This document shows positions 13,968 to 24,922 of a stretch of DNA of 64,000 bases, in pieces. The notes beneath the pieces were generated by a model. The model saw only the letters and a program-made list of their open reading frames with translations, did not search any database and was not told the DNA's origin. The DNA comes from Rhina ancylostomus. Lineage: Eukaryota. Each line of letters starts with the position of its first letter. The stretch's first letter is position 1. The DNA lies in the NCBI GenBank assembly GCA_030265395.1, contig JARFYF010000002.1:56663271-56727270 (forward strand). Reading direction: 5' to 3'. The position numbers and the translations under genes were made by a program.

Positions 13968-14203
13968 GGAGACACAAGCCACTGCAGATGCTGGAATCTG
14001 GACCATAAAATGTGCTGCTGGAGGGAGTCAATAGGTCAGGTAACATCTCTGGAGGGAAATGGATAGTCAACATTTCAGGCTTGCCAGCTGTTGCAGCACC
14101 CCACCCACTCCTTTATACTGGCTTCAACCCAAACCATCAACACTCATTGCCCTCTACAGATGCTGTCTGACCCACTGAGTTCCTCCACCAGCTTTTTTAT
14201 TGC
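13968..14203. repeat. Penelope-derived hairpin element
   Basis: Left arm ctggagggagtcaataggtcaggtaacatctctggaggg versus right arm ccctctacagatgctgtctgacccactgagttcctcca. Confidence 0.75.
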
Positions 14204-15366
14204 CACCTTTAGCATGGTCCTTTTGATGTTTCTCAGTTGGGGGTTAATATTTAGTCGTATTTTTGGAGAACTCCTCTTTGGGTTTGAAGTCCAAATGAAT
14301 TAAAGAAACAAGTAGATGGATTGGTAGAACCTCAAACAATGCAGTAGTCTTTAACACTGAACTTGTGTCAGCTTTGTTCATATTCTTTAGATTCTTCATT
14401 AGACTTGAACCCACAGTCTTCAGTGGCAATGAGAGTGCCACTAACTGGCCAAAGCTACTTGCCTGTAGTAAACAGGTGGCACAGTAACTAGTGCTTCTTC
14501 ACAACTTCTCCACAGAGCTGGTATCTACGTGAGGGAGATGTGCTGTGATGTAAGTACAGGAAATGTAGACTATTGAGTGAAGTTTGCAACAGGTTAATTC
14601 TGTAGCCTTTTTCTGTGTGATTGTTATGTCCAACAAATTAAAAAAAAACATTCATCAATTTACATTCATGAAATATTAATTAGCAGTTTTTCATTTTGTG
14701 ATAATTCTAAGCTGGACTCACAGAAGCAAAGAAATACTTTCTTTCATGACTATATTCAGTGGGTAATGTAAATAGCCAGAAAAGAACCCCTTTTGTCTCC
14801 AAATGACTCATTGGTTATTATTCACAGATTTGTCATCTGCAGTTTAGATAATTTGTGAAGCATATGGGAAAAATGTGATTTCTGAAGCTTCAAAACACTT
14901 CAACCATTGTCCATATAAATGTGATGATCTGTTTCCGAACCACTTGTGTCAAGTGGCACCCTGCAGTGCGATGTTGAAGCTGCAGTTGTAATGGAGAGCT
15001 GTCTTTATTTCAACATCTAGTGATTTCAAAAAAGTGATCAGGACTTGTCGGTATCAGTACTATCAATTATATAAAAGGTGGTTCTCATTTATAACAATGG
15101 TTCCTATACTTATTATGTACCCTCTGAAGACTTTTGATAGTCAGCACAGAATCAGTGGGCCAAAAGGCCTCCTTCCATTCTGTATCTCACTATGACTCAG
15201 TGACAACTACAATGGCTTTCCAATCGCTTTCATGTTCCCCCACCCACTGTCAATAAAGTCAGTCCGCAAAACAGGTTCACCAACTCAAGCTTCCTGTCCA
15301 GTTGTCTTCAAACCTGCACACATTGTATACCCTTCTGAACCTGTGGCATCTTAAAAAAAATTATAA

Positions 15367-15500
15367 TAAAAAGAAAAACTGCAGATGGTGGAAATCCAAA
15401 AGAAAAATGGTAAATACTAGAAACATGCAGTGTTTCCAGTATTTCTCTCTCCACAAACAGTGCCTTGCCTGCTGAGTGCTTCCAGCGCTTTGTTTTTATT
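15367..15500. repeat. Penelope-derived hairpin element, internally deleted
   Basis: aactgcagatggtggaaatcc...cctgctgagtgcttccagcgctttg. Confidence 0.6.
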
Positions 15501-17272
15501 ACTTCAGTCAGGATATTTTGTCAGAAGGACTGAAACATGGCAGGGACAATTCAATTTAGATATAGAATTGTGAAGAGAGTTAAAGGGACAGGACATTATA
15601 AAGGATGGTCTTTTCAAGAACATGAGAAATAAGAGTTGGCCACATGGTCACTCGCAGCTGCTCTATGTTCATAGCTGAAGCACTGCAACAAGAATATTTT
15701 TGGCATAATGCTTCTGTGGTACTAAGTACACAACTGAATATTCTTGACTGGAATTTGAGTTGGTGATTGAAAAGGTGCTTGGACTGATACTCATGACCAT
15801 GTACTCAACATATTTTGGAATTAAGTAATGTTTTGAAAATTGCCAATAGTTGAAATGTTTCAATGGGAAAAGTGACAGAAGAAAAACTGTATTGACTTTT
15901 TTTTAAATGATTGCAGGATTTATGGTACAAAATGGGATTTGAGATTGGTGTCCTTGTCATTACTTGCACCAAAAGAATATTGCACTCTAATGTGGACTTG
16001 CACAGGGTAGATAATCATTAATATAAGAGATGCAGAAGTTTATTAGTTCAACTTGCTTGTACAATGTGGATTTCATTCAAGCAGTAGAGCGATTGAGGAA
16101 ATTGCCATCTTTAGGCATTTACACTGAGCACTTTCATCCTGTAACTTCATGTAAGAAAATAGGTGAGACCTCATTTGTTCAACCCTGCTCTTGGCTATCA
16201 GGAGTATTTTATTTCTTTAGTTAGTCTATCCCGAAAATTTGTGTTTCTTTTTCATTGCATGAACTTAACACTGCTATTTTTAAATATTATTGCAGAAAGA
16301 TATGCATCCATTGTTCTCAGTTGACTAACCACAGGCAATACAGGCTTTCTTTCCTCACTTCATGACTAGGCCCTGAGTTTGCACATCTGCAATCTGCAGC
16401 ATGAATCACTGCCTTGAACTGATAGCCAAGATTTATTTCATTTATGTTTCAGTGTTGCATAGTCATCAGAAATGAGGCCAATCCATACTTCAGCATGATT
16501 GCGTCAATCGTGGTCAACGGACCACCACAGGAATGTTAAAACTCACTTCACTGGACTAAGAAAAAAAACTAAAATCGGAAACAATCTTGGAAAGATGCAT
16601 TAGCTGAGCAACATTCTTTCCCACTTGCAGGGTGGCTCCTCCCTCACATAAATCCCTTTCTGGCTTTACTCACAAACCTGCTCATTCATTAGACATGAGC
16701 AGTGTCAGCATGAGGGCAAAGTATGTGTGAAATGTTAGGAGAAAATTGTAGGCACTTGTATTGGATTCCATACTCCGAATATGAAAATTGGCATTCTGGA
16801 GATTATACAGTTAGTTTCCAAGATGAACTGCCAGATTTGTTTCATATGAAAGCAAATCTTGTATCTATGTGGAATTCTCTCAAACAATAAGGAAGATGAC
16901 TCCCATGGTAGGCAATTAACATTACAATAACACTGGTGAGTTAATTTATCTCAGTGTTCACAGCTGTTTCTCTTTGAACCTATACTGAAACTGAACAAGC
17001 TGTACTATTTTTGACTGGAAGAGCTGTTGAATGTTTTGTAATCAACATATTTGTTCCATTTTACTTTAATGGGAAGGGGAATTTTCTGATAAGCGTTGAA
17101 AGCCTGGAATTGCTAATACTTAATTCTTTGGAAGGCATTTTTCATTACTGAACAACAGTTTATATTCTGCAGAATATCATAATTGCAAGGTAATTGCCTA
17201 TTCATTGAACACATACTTTGATCACATTTTATTGTTTGAAAAAGCTATGTTTTAAAAAAAATACTCTTGTAA

Positions 17273-17479
<207 letters not shown>

Positions 17480-19029
17480 TGAGTGCTTTTACGGTCTTTT
17501 TGCACACAGTAATCTCCACTAAACAGAATAAGGGTTAGAAGACCACCATGATCACATGACTGAGTTTCACACTGATGAGAGAAAAAGGCAATGCATTTAT
17601 GAGGCACAGGTTAAATTTACCAATGCACAAAATGCTGTTGACTCAAATACAGAGCCACCTCCTCTATTTCTTCCTGTTTGAGACTTTGAAACCAACATTT
17701 TCGTCTGTCCACAGCACACAATGCTTTGGTGTAAATGTAAGTTTGTCAAATTTTGTCCAGTAATGGTAACTGCGCAGACATTCCAGAACATTATCCTTAG
17801 CCCCTTCCTTTTGTCTATAGTCTCTCCTAGTGATATCATCTGGAAGCAAGATACTGATTAAGCACGTCTTCTCTCCATCTTCTACATCTTCTCTCTTGAT
17901 ACCAGTGTTTTTGTTTAATTGGCGCAGTTTGAAGAGCAAAGATCCCCCATGTAGGTGGAGACAAAATTTTAGCAATTCTTTTTGGCTTTCGTCAGCTCTG
18001 GTAGTTCTGCTCTTCATTGCTTTCAATTTGAAGTTTCCCTTGGTGTCATTCAACCATGAAACTCTGTTCAATTTTCAGCTGATTTCTCACATTGTCTGTC
18101 AACAAGGCCACCACTTTGCATTGTCTGTAACAGAAAATTGAAACAGCTTGTTTTTTTTGTGTCTTCCGGGTAGTTAAATAGTTTTTGGGTGTTTTGTCAT
18201 TACTAAGGCTTGATTTTGGGTCCCTCCATCTTGACAAATCAAAGTTCTTGCAGTTCCATTGCTCGAGCTTTTATCCATTTAAAACTCCACATTTGCATTA
18301 TCAGGCTTCACTTCCACCCTGTGTCTTCAGGTATGAGCTTGAAGACTCTATCTTTCAGTTGCCTGCCTCCACAGTCACACATCTTAACAATCCTTTTATT
18401 CTCATAACCCTGCTCCTGCCTTTTTTTTTGTTTTGGCTCAATTTTACTCCTTCATCAATGTCCTGTTTGGTTCTCATTATGTAACTGCTTTTCTGGCTAC
18501 CTTGTCCTTGCCAACCAGTGTCCCTTTGATCCTTGTGCCCCTTCCACCTCTGCTTTCATAAGTTTAAAGCTTTCCTCCTCAACTCCTTTTGAGCCTGCTC
18601 CCTTCTCCTTTCTACCAGTTCTTTCTGAAGTTCACTTCTTTCTGTAATATACTCTGGATGACTTTACACTCCAGATTGTTGTTTGTGAAGGAATTGAAAC
18701 TGTTGTTTTGACAGTGAATATTTGTTGAAAATTAATAATTTAACTGAATGTTATGACATTCCACAATGCGACACTCAAAAGATAGAACAACAGTTATCCC
18801 CACTAATAGGAATTTTCAGTTTGTGTGCCTGGAAGTTTGAGTAAAGATAAATTGCTGTATGTTTATAATGATCTATTGGCAGCTGATTATCGTAGCAGAT
18901 GGTGAATTTTACATATCTAGCTTTTTTATAAAGCTGTATTCAAATTCTCAAATTGCTATAAGTTTTTCATATTATTTTATATTCTCATATTCTCTTATCA
19001 TAGAGAAGGAAGACAATTCAGCTCATTTG

Positions 19030-19243
19030 GTCTGTTGGCTCTAAATCCCAAAACCCCACTTACTTCCCTGTTACCTATTTTCTCTTGCGCGCCTATCAAC
19101 TCCTCCCTGATGATCCTGCCACCCAGCTGCACTAAGAAAAACTTAGAGTAGTCAGTTAACTTTCTGACCAACGTGTCTTTGGACATGGGAGAAAGCCAGG
19201 GCATCTGGGGAAATCCAAATGATCACAGGGAGAAGGTGCAAAA
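19030..19243 (-). mobile_element. V-SINE fragment
   Basis: gtctttggacatgggagaaagccagggcatctgggggaaatcc...cacagggagaaggtgcaaa is the reverse V-core. Confidence 0.7.
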
Positions 19244-19284
19244 ATCAATCTATAATCTTCATAAATGATTTGGGTGATGTGTAA

Positions 19285-20115
19285 TATTCCTAAGTTTGGG
19301 TCTGATAGAAAGCTCGGTAACAGTGTTGGCAGTGAGAGGATGCAGAGAGGTTTTAGGCTGATAGATGCAGGCTAAGTGAAGGGGACAGTACAAGGCAGGT
19401 GGAACATAACATGGGAAAAATGTGAGGTCATCTACTTTAGGGAAGAAATAGAAAGGTGGGGTATTTTGAAAATGGTGTCCTTGTACACAAATCATTGATG
19501 GTTAATATGTAACTTGGCTATACTAGGAAGGCAAATGATATGTTGTCCTTCATTGCAAGAATATTTGACACAAGAAACATCCTGCCTTAATGATTTAGAG
19601 CCTTGGTGGTACCACCTTTTGAGATATTGTCTGCAGATCTGGTCTTCCAACCCAAGAAAGAGAATACTTTGCAGTTGAGAGAGTGCAGCAGATAGATTTC
19701 TGGATTGAGAAGATTGGACCTGAACTGTTTCGAATTTAGAAGAATGAGAGGTGATCCCTTTGGAAAAATATAAAATTCTTTTAAGGGATGATATAGGGTG
19801 ACAGAGGGATGATTGATTCCCTTGGTTGGGGTGTCCAGGGAAGGGGGTCATAGTCTCAAAATAAATGGTTTGCCATTCAGGACAGAGAGGAGAAGAAATT
19901 TCTTGACCCGGAGAATGGAAAATGTTTGAAATTAACTGCTCACAGGTGCTGCGGAGGCTCAGTCTCTGGATATAATCATGAATAAGATCAATAATTTTTC
20001 ATTATTAAGGGAATTGAGTCGGGTTATTCCAGGAAAGTAAAGATAAGGCATGATCTTACTAACTGGTGAAACAAACATGAGTGACCAAATGCTTGTATTT
20101 CTCATGTTCTTATGA
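19285..20115 (+). mobile_element. CR1 LINE, RT C-terminal region and 3' tail
   Basis: aaatgtgaggtcatctacttt (KCEVIYF), accaccttttgagatattgtctgcagatctggtctt, agaatgagaggtgatc, tail ttctcatgttcttatg. Confidence 0.8.
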
Positions 20116-20982
20116 TTTCAAAAATCAGTATATGAAGGAAAAATAGAATGAGGAAAAGCAACAAGTTTCATACTGCAAGTTTCAGAAAACAAAAAACAAG
20201 AAAGGAGAGATACTTTCAGAATTGAAGAAGATGCTGGGAAACCATGCAGGGCACCATTTGAAGCTCAGAAGAATCGGACAAGAATACTCATAGTTGCAGT
20301 GATCATATGATCATGGAATATTTACTGTACTGAAGGCCCATTGTGTTGATACCAATTGCCAAAGCATTACACAGTTCACTTCACTTTACAGCACTTGATC
20401 CAGAGTGTTACAGATCATGACTTGAAATGTTCTTTGAATGTGATCGGAGTTTCTCCCCCCACCACCCTTTCAGACAGGGCATCTAGACCTCTATTTCCCC
20501 TGTGGTCAAATCATTCCTCCATGCCCGNNNNNNNNNNNNNNNNNNNNNNNNNNNNNNNNNNNNNNNNNNNNNNNNNNNNNNNNNNNNNNNNNNNNNNNNN
20601 NNNNNNNNNNNNNNNNNNNNNNNNNNNCCGGTTGTGCCCCCCCCCCCCCCCCGTCTGTCTGCCATAACTTCAAATCTATGCCTCCTGTTTTTAAATCATC
20701 TGGTAGAAGAAATGGGGTATTGTTATTCAGTCTTTCAATACCCCTCAGAATTTTATGAAATGGAAGATGCAAGAATGGTTGCACAGAGAAGTTGGAGGCT
20801 AATGGTGAACCTCCAAACACTTCAATATTTATCTTGTGTCAGATCCGTTTAACCACTCTAATCCCAGTTTACACCAGAGTAAGGTAATTCCTATCTATTA
20901 TTCAAAGTGTATAATCCAAGTGGAAATGTTAATATGGATTTATTTATAGGGAACCTAGAAATAAGTGTGGATATAATTTTTC

Positions 20983-21185
20983 ATAAAAGCAGAACACTGC
21001 AAATGCTGGAAACAGAAGCAAAAAGTGGTGTAAATATTTGTGGATCAGACAGTATCCATGGAGAGAGAAATGGAACTAATAGAACAGTCTGATGAAAGGT
21101 CACTTATTTGAAACATTAAATCTGCTTCTCTCTTCATGGAGGCTGTCTGACTTTGTGAATATTTCCAGAATTTCACGTTTATATC
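20983..21185. repeat. Penelope-derived hairpin element with CTGATGA...GAAAC core
   Basis: Arms cagacagtatccatggagagagaa and ttctctcttcatggaggctgtctg; CTGATGA at 21089-21095, GAAAC at 21110-21114. Confidence 0.7.
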
Positions 21186-24053
21186 ATTTTTATATTTGGG
21201 TATGTTATCAGTTTCTGCTTCATACTTCAGAGTCCTATTAAGTTTTATTTAAAAAGTAGAGAAATTCAGAAAAGCAAGAAAAAAAGTCTTGCAGTGAAAT
21301 GTGATGATAAGGCTGGGAGAAAAGAATGCAGACAAATAAAAATGGGGGGAGCAGAGAAGAGGGATTGGGGAAAATATTGGAAGGCATTCTGAGGATTAAG
21401 ATTTTCAATAGCATCAAATACTTCAAAGGATTATGTATCTACAATTTGGGCAGAGTATGCCAATTCCTTGTAAGGTCCTTAATACTTTTTGTTTTTGATT
21501 CCTGAATTTTCTGTCGAGAGCACTTAAGTTTACTGCAAAGAATAAATATTACATGGAGCACGGCATGCACCATCCACTTTTTCAGAATAAAGTGCCAACA
21601 GGTCCAGCAATTTGAAGATGGTGGCACTCTGGTATTTAATAATTGATTGCTGCCTTAAACATACAACCAACACCAGTTTCTAACAAATAATTTGAACTTT
21701 AAACTTGATGCAAGCATTTTGTGTTATTTGTGCAGTTGTCAAATCCAATAATTCTGATAATCATTGTGCTGTATGATCAGCTGTGTTTCTTTTGTAAGTC
21801 TTCTAAATCTCTTGCATTTTGCATATGTTTATTATGAAAGAATAAGGGGAAAAAACTAGCTCTTTAGATACATGTGTAGTGTGTAATGAATATTCATTGC
21901 TGGAGATTCTCTGGCTATGGTGATATGGTGAAATCCAGCACAATTTGTCTGACTCAACTGGACTATGGAGGAATGGTGTTGATGAGTACAATGATGAGTC
22001 AAGGGTTGCAGAGAGTTTAAAAAGCACAGCGAGACATGATGTACTACTCACAGTCATGGGGGATACCATTTGTGAAATTATACAGACAATGCTCTGTACT
22101 CAGCAGGATCTGTGAAGAGAGAAACAAAGCTAATGTTTGAAGGTCAATGACTGGGATAATTAAGAGCAAAAACATTTTATGATGCAGAGAAAAGGAGAGG
22201 GTGGAGAGAACACAAAGATCTATGAAAGGGAGGTAGGAAAGGTGAAAAGAGATTAGTCATTAACAGGAAGTAAACAGGAGAGGCCAAATAATTAACTGAA
22301 ATTACACTAGGGAAAATAAGCTACAGATGCTTGAAATGTAAATGCAAAAGCTGGATTTGTCAATTACCTGAAATGGTTGAACTCACTGTTTTGTTAAAAA
22401 AGCTGTAATGACTCCAGCCTGAAGGCCAAGTCGATATTGTGACAGAAGGCTGATGGGATGATGTCAGATGTGACTTTTTGTGGGAAAAGTGGGCACCAGT
22501 TTGAGAAGTGACAAGGGGCTTCAGTACTTTGGAATTCAAAGTCTGAGTGGATATCTTGAGGATGAAATGGCATTGGGGTTGACAAAGGGGAAGAGTAGAG
22601 TCAATAAATTTTAGGCAAACAAAGAAATTCTGGTGATTATTTTAGTAGAAATAATATGATAAAAGAATTTGTAGGCACTGCACTTGATGGAGGGGATAAG
22701 ACAAAACCTTTCGTCACTGAGGATGGTCTTAAATGTGCCAGTTGGGGATGAACTTATATTCATCCTTGACCAATCTGTCTGCATGTTCTATTTCCTCACA
22801 ATTTTTGTAAGCTGGCAATGTTCATGTCAAAGCTTAACTGTTGATTTCCAGCACATTGACTCAAGTAATAAACATGCAGTACATAGATCATGGGGTTCAT
22901 TTAAGGCTGTATTTCTAAGGCTTTAATTTGAAAAGTAGTCACGGTTCTAGTAACATGTATCATGTCCTGTCCTGTTACTTGTATGGAACGGGTGGGGTGT
23001 CAAGGGTGTTGGTGAACCCTGAAATATGTGGGAAGTACCCAGTAAATGTAAAGTTCAGTTAGTGTGCCCTGCCTTTGAGTAGGAGTAACTAACGTGGATT
23101 GTGGATATTTATGAATTGCAGAATAAGACTGTGGCAATTGTCTGAGTTATGCAATCATCTTTCCTTGTGGAGGTATAAATATTATAAAATTAAATACAGT
23201 TCATTAACGAGCACCATTTTCATTGGGGAAATAATGTGGGTAGCATAGGTTACTCAGATTTTGTGGTGGTTAAAAACTGGAAGTTTAGACAAGCTCAGAT
23301 CATAAGCTCTGGCTCCTTTTTAAAGATGCATTCTTTCATGCATTTTACTTAATTGCTTTAATATTAGATTGTACCAGTGAGGGGCTTGACAATGAAGAGG
23401 TTAGTGTTTTTATTAAAGAGCATGATTTAATCAGTTCTAGAGAAACCAATTACCTGCTTGACTGCATCCAGGGTGATTATTTGTCACTTCCCTGTATGAT
23501 GTTGCATAATCTGAACTTTGTGGTTAAAATGCTTCAAACTGTGTTTCTTCTCTCCAACCTCTCCAGTGAGAACTGAATATAAACAATAGAATGCTGCTTA
23601 AATGAGCTTTTACAATTGCTTGCAGCCCAGCTACAGATGATAGTTGGTGCAGCATAGTTTTATTAAATCAAGTATGCTTTTCAGCTCCCACAAGGTGAAA
23701 GGTTCTTGTATCTGAATGTACGTTTTAAGAGCATGTATGTATTTTGCCAGGAATCCTCCTTGTGTACCTAAATGACGCCTCTTAAAACACAATTTTTTTT
23801 TTGTCTGTCAACTGGTGACGGACACTGGCACCATTCTTTTTATTTTTGCCAAGAGCAGAGCTCATAATCGGTAAGTCCCAACGATCACACGTGTGAAAAA
23901 ATTGTAGCCAAAATAAAGAACTAAAATATCTGCTGACTTCTGTTTAACAGTGGCCCAGAGTTTCTGGTCAGTGGTAGTTTTTAAATGGTGAAAGATTGCA
24001 TCATGTTAATGTTTGAAGAGGTCTTGATGTCCTTTTACAGAAGTCACTGAGAG

Positions 24054-24922
24054 GTGATGTGGAAATGCAGTAAGAGATTAGAAAGGCAGATGGTCTTTAT
24101 TACAACTGGATTTGAAACTGGGAGTAAGGATATACTGCTGTNNNNNNNNNNNNNNNNNNNNNNNNNNNNNNNNNNNNNNNNNNNNNNNNNNNNNNNNNNN
24201 NNNNNNNNNNNNNNNNNNNNNNNNNNNNNNNNNNNNNNNNNAAATGGGAGTAAGGATATACTGCTCTAACAACAGGGCCTTGGTGATCCTGCATGTTGAG
24301 TATTGTGTCCAGTTTTGGTCTCCTTGTTTAAAGAAGGAGGTATTGGCCATAGAGCGAGTAGGGATGGTGGGTTTGCTGAACAAGGAAAGATCGAGTAGAT
24401 GTGACTGCTATTTAGAAGAATGAAAGAGGTCTCATTGAAATGCACAAAATGCTTACAGGACTCAACAGACTGGTTACAAGGTGGATGTTTCCCCATGGTG
24501 AAAGAGTTTAGGACCAGAAATCAAAACAGAACATGCTCAAAGCACTCGGAGTGTTTCCAGCATTTTCTGTTTGTATTTCAAATTTCCAGTATCCACAGTT
24601 TTTTGTTCAAACTAAAAACCAACAGTCATGATCTCAGAATAAAGCGTAAGCCATTTCGGACCAAGATGAGGATAAATTCCTTCACCAGTGAGGGGCTTAA
24701 CAATAAAGAAGGGCTGAATCTTTGGAATTCTCCACCCAGGAAAGCTGTGGAGGCTGCAACTTCAATCAAAACAGAGATATATAGATTTCAGGATATTAAA
24801 GGAATCGAGATTTAGAGGCAGTGAAAATGGTATGAAGGTGTCAGATCAGCCATGTTTGGTTAATGGTTGAGTGGGCTTGAAGGATTAAATGACCTCATCC
24901 TGCTGTTATTCCATGTGTTCTG
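24054..24922 (+). mobile_element. CR1 LINE 3' fragment with N gap and nested insertion
   Basis: HVEYCVQFWSPCLKKEVLAIER motif in ORF 24112-24423; CR1 3' tail near 24840-24920. Confidence 0.85.

Noticed and set aside
19231-19240. Alternative agAAGgt microexon site (also near 41726-41732)
   Set aside because: Both lie in SINE or CR1 remnants and have poor donors (GTGCAA, GTCATA).
23751-23870. 120-nt pseudo-exon ttttgccag|...TCG|GTAAGT with an in-frame TGA
   Set aside because: Modest acceptor and long internal T tracts give it an intron-like composition; no independent support.
24120-24265. 20-nt direct repeat gggagtaaggatatactgct on both sides of an N gap
   Set aside because: Typical of overlapping contig ends joined by a placeholder gap; probably an assembly artefact.
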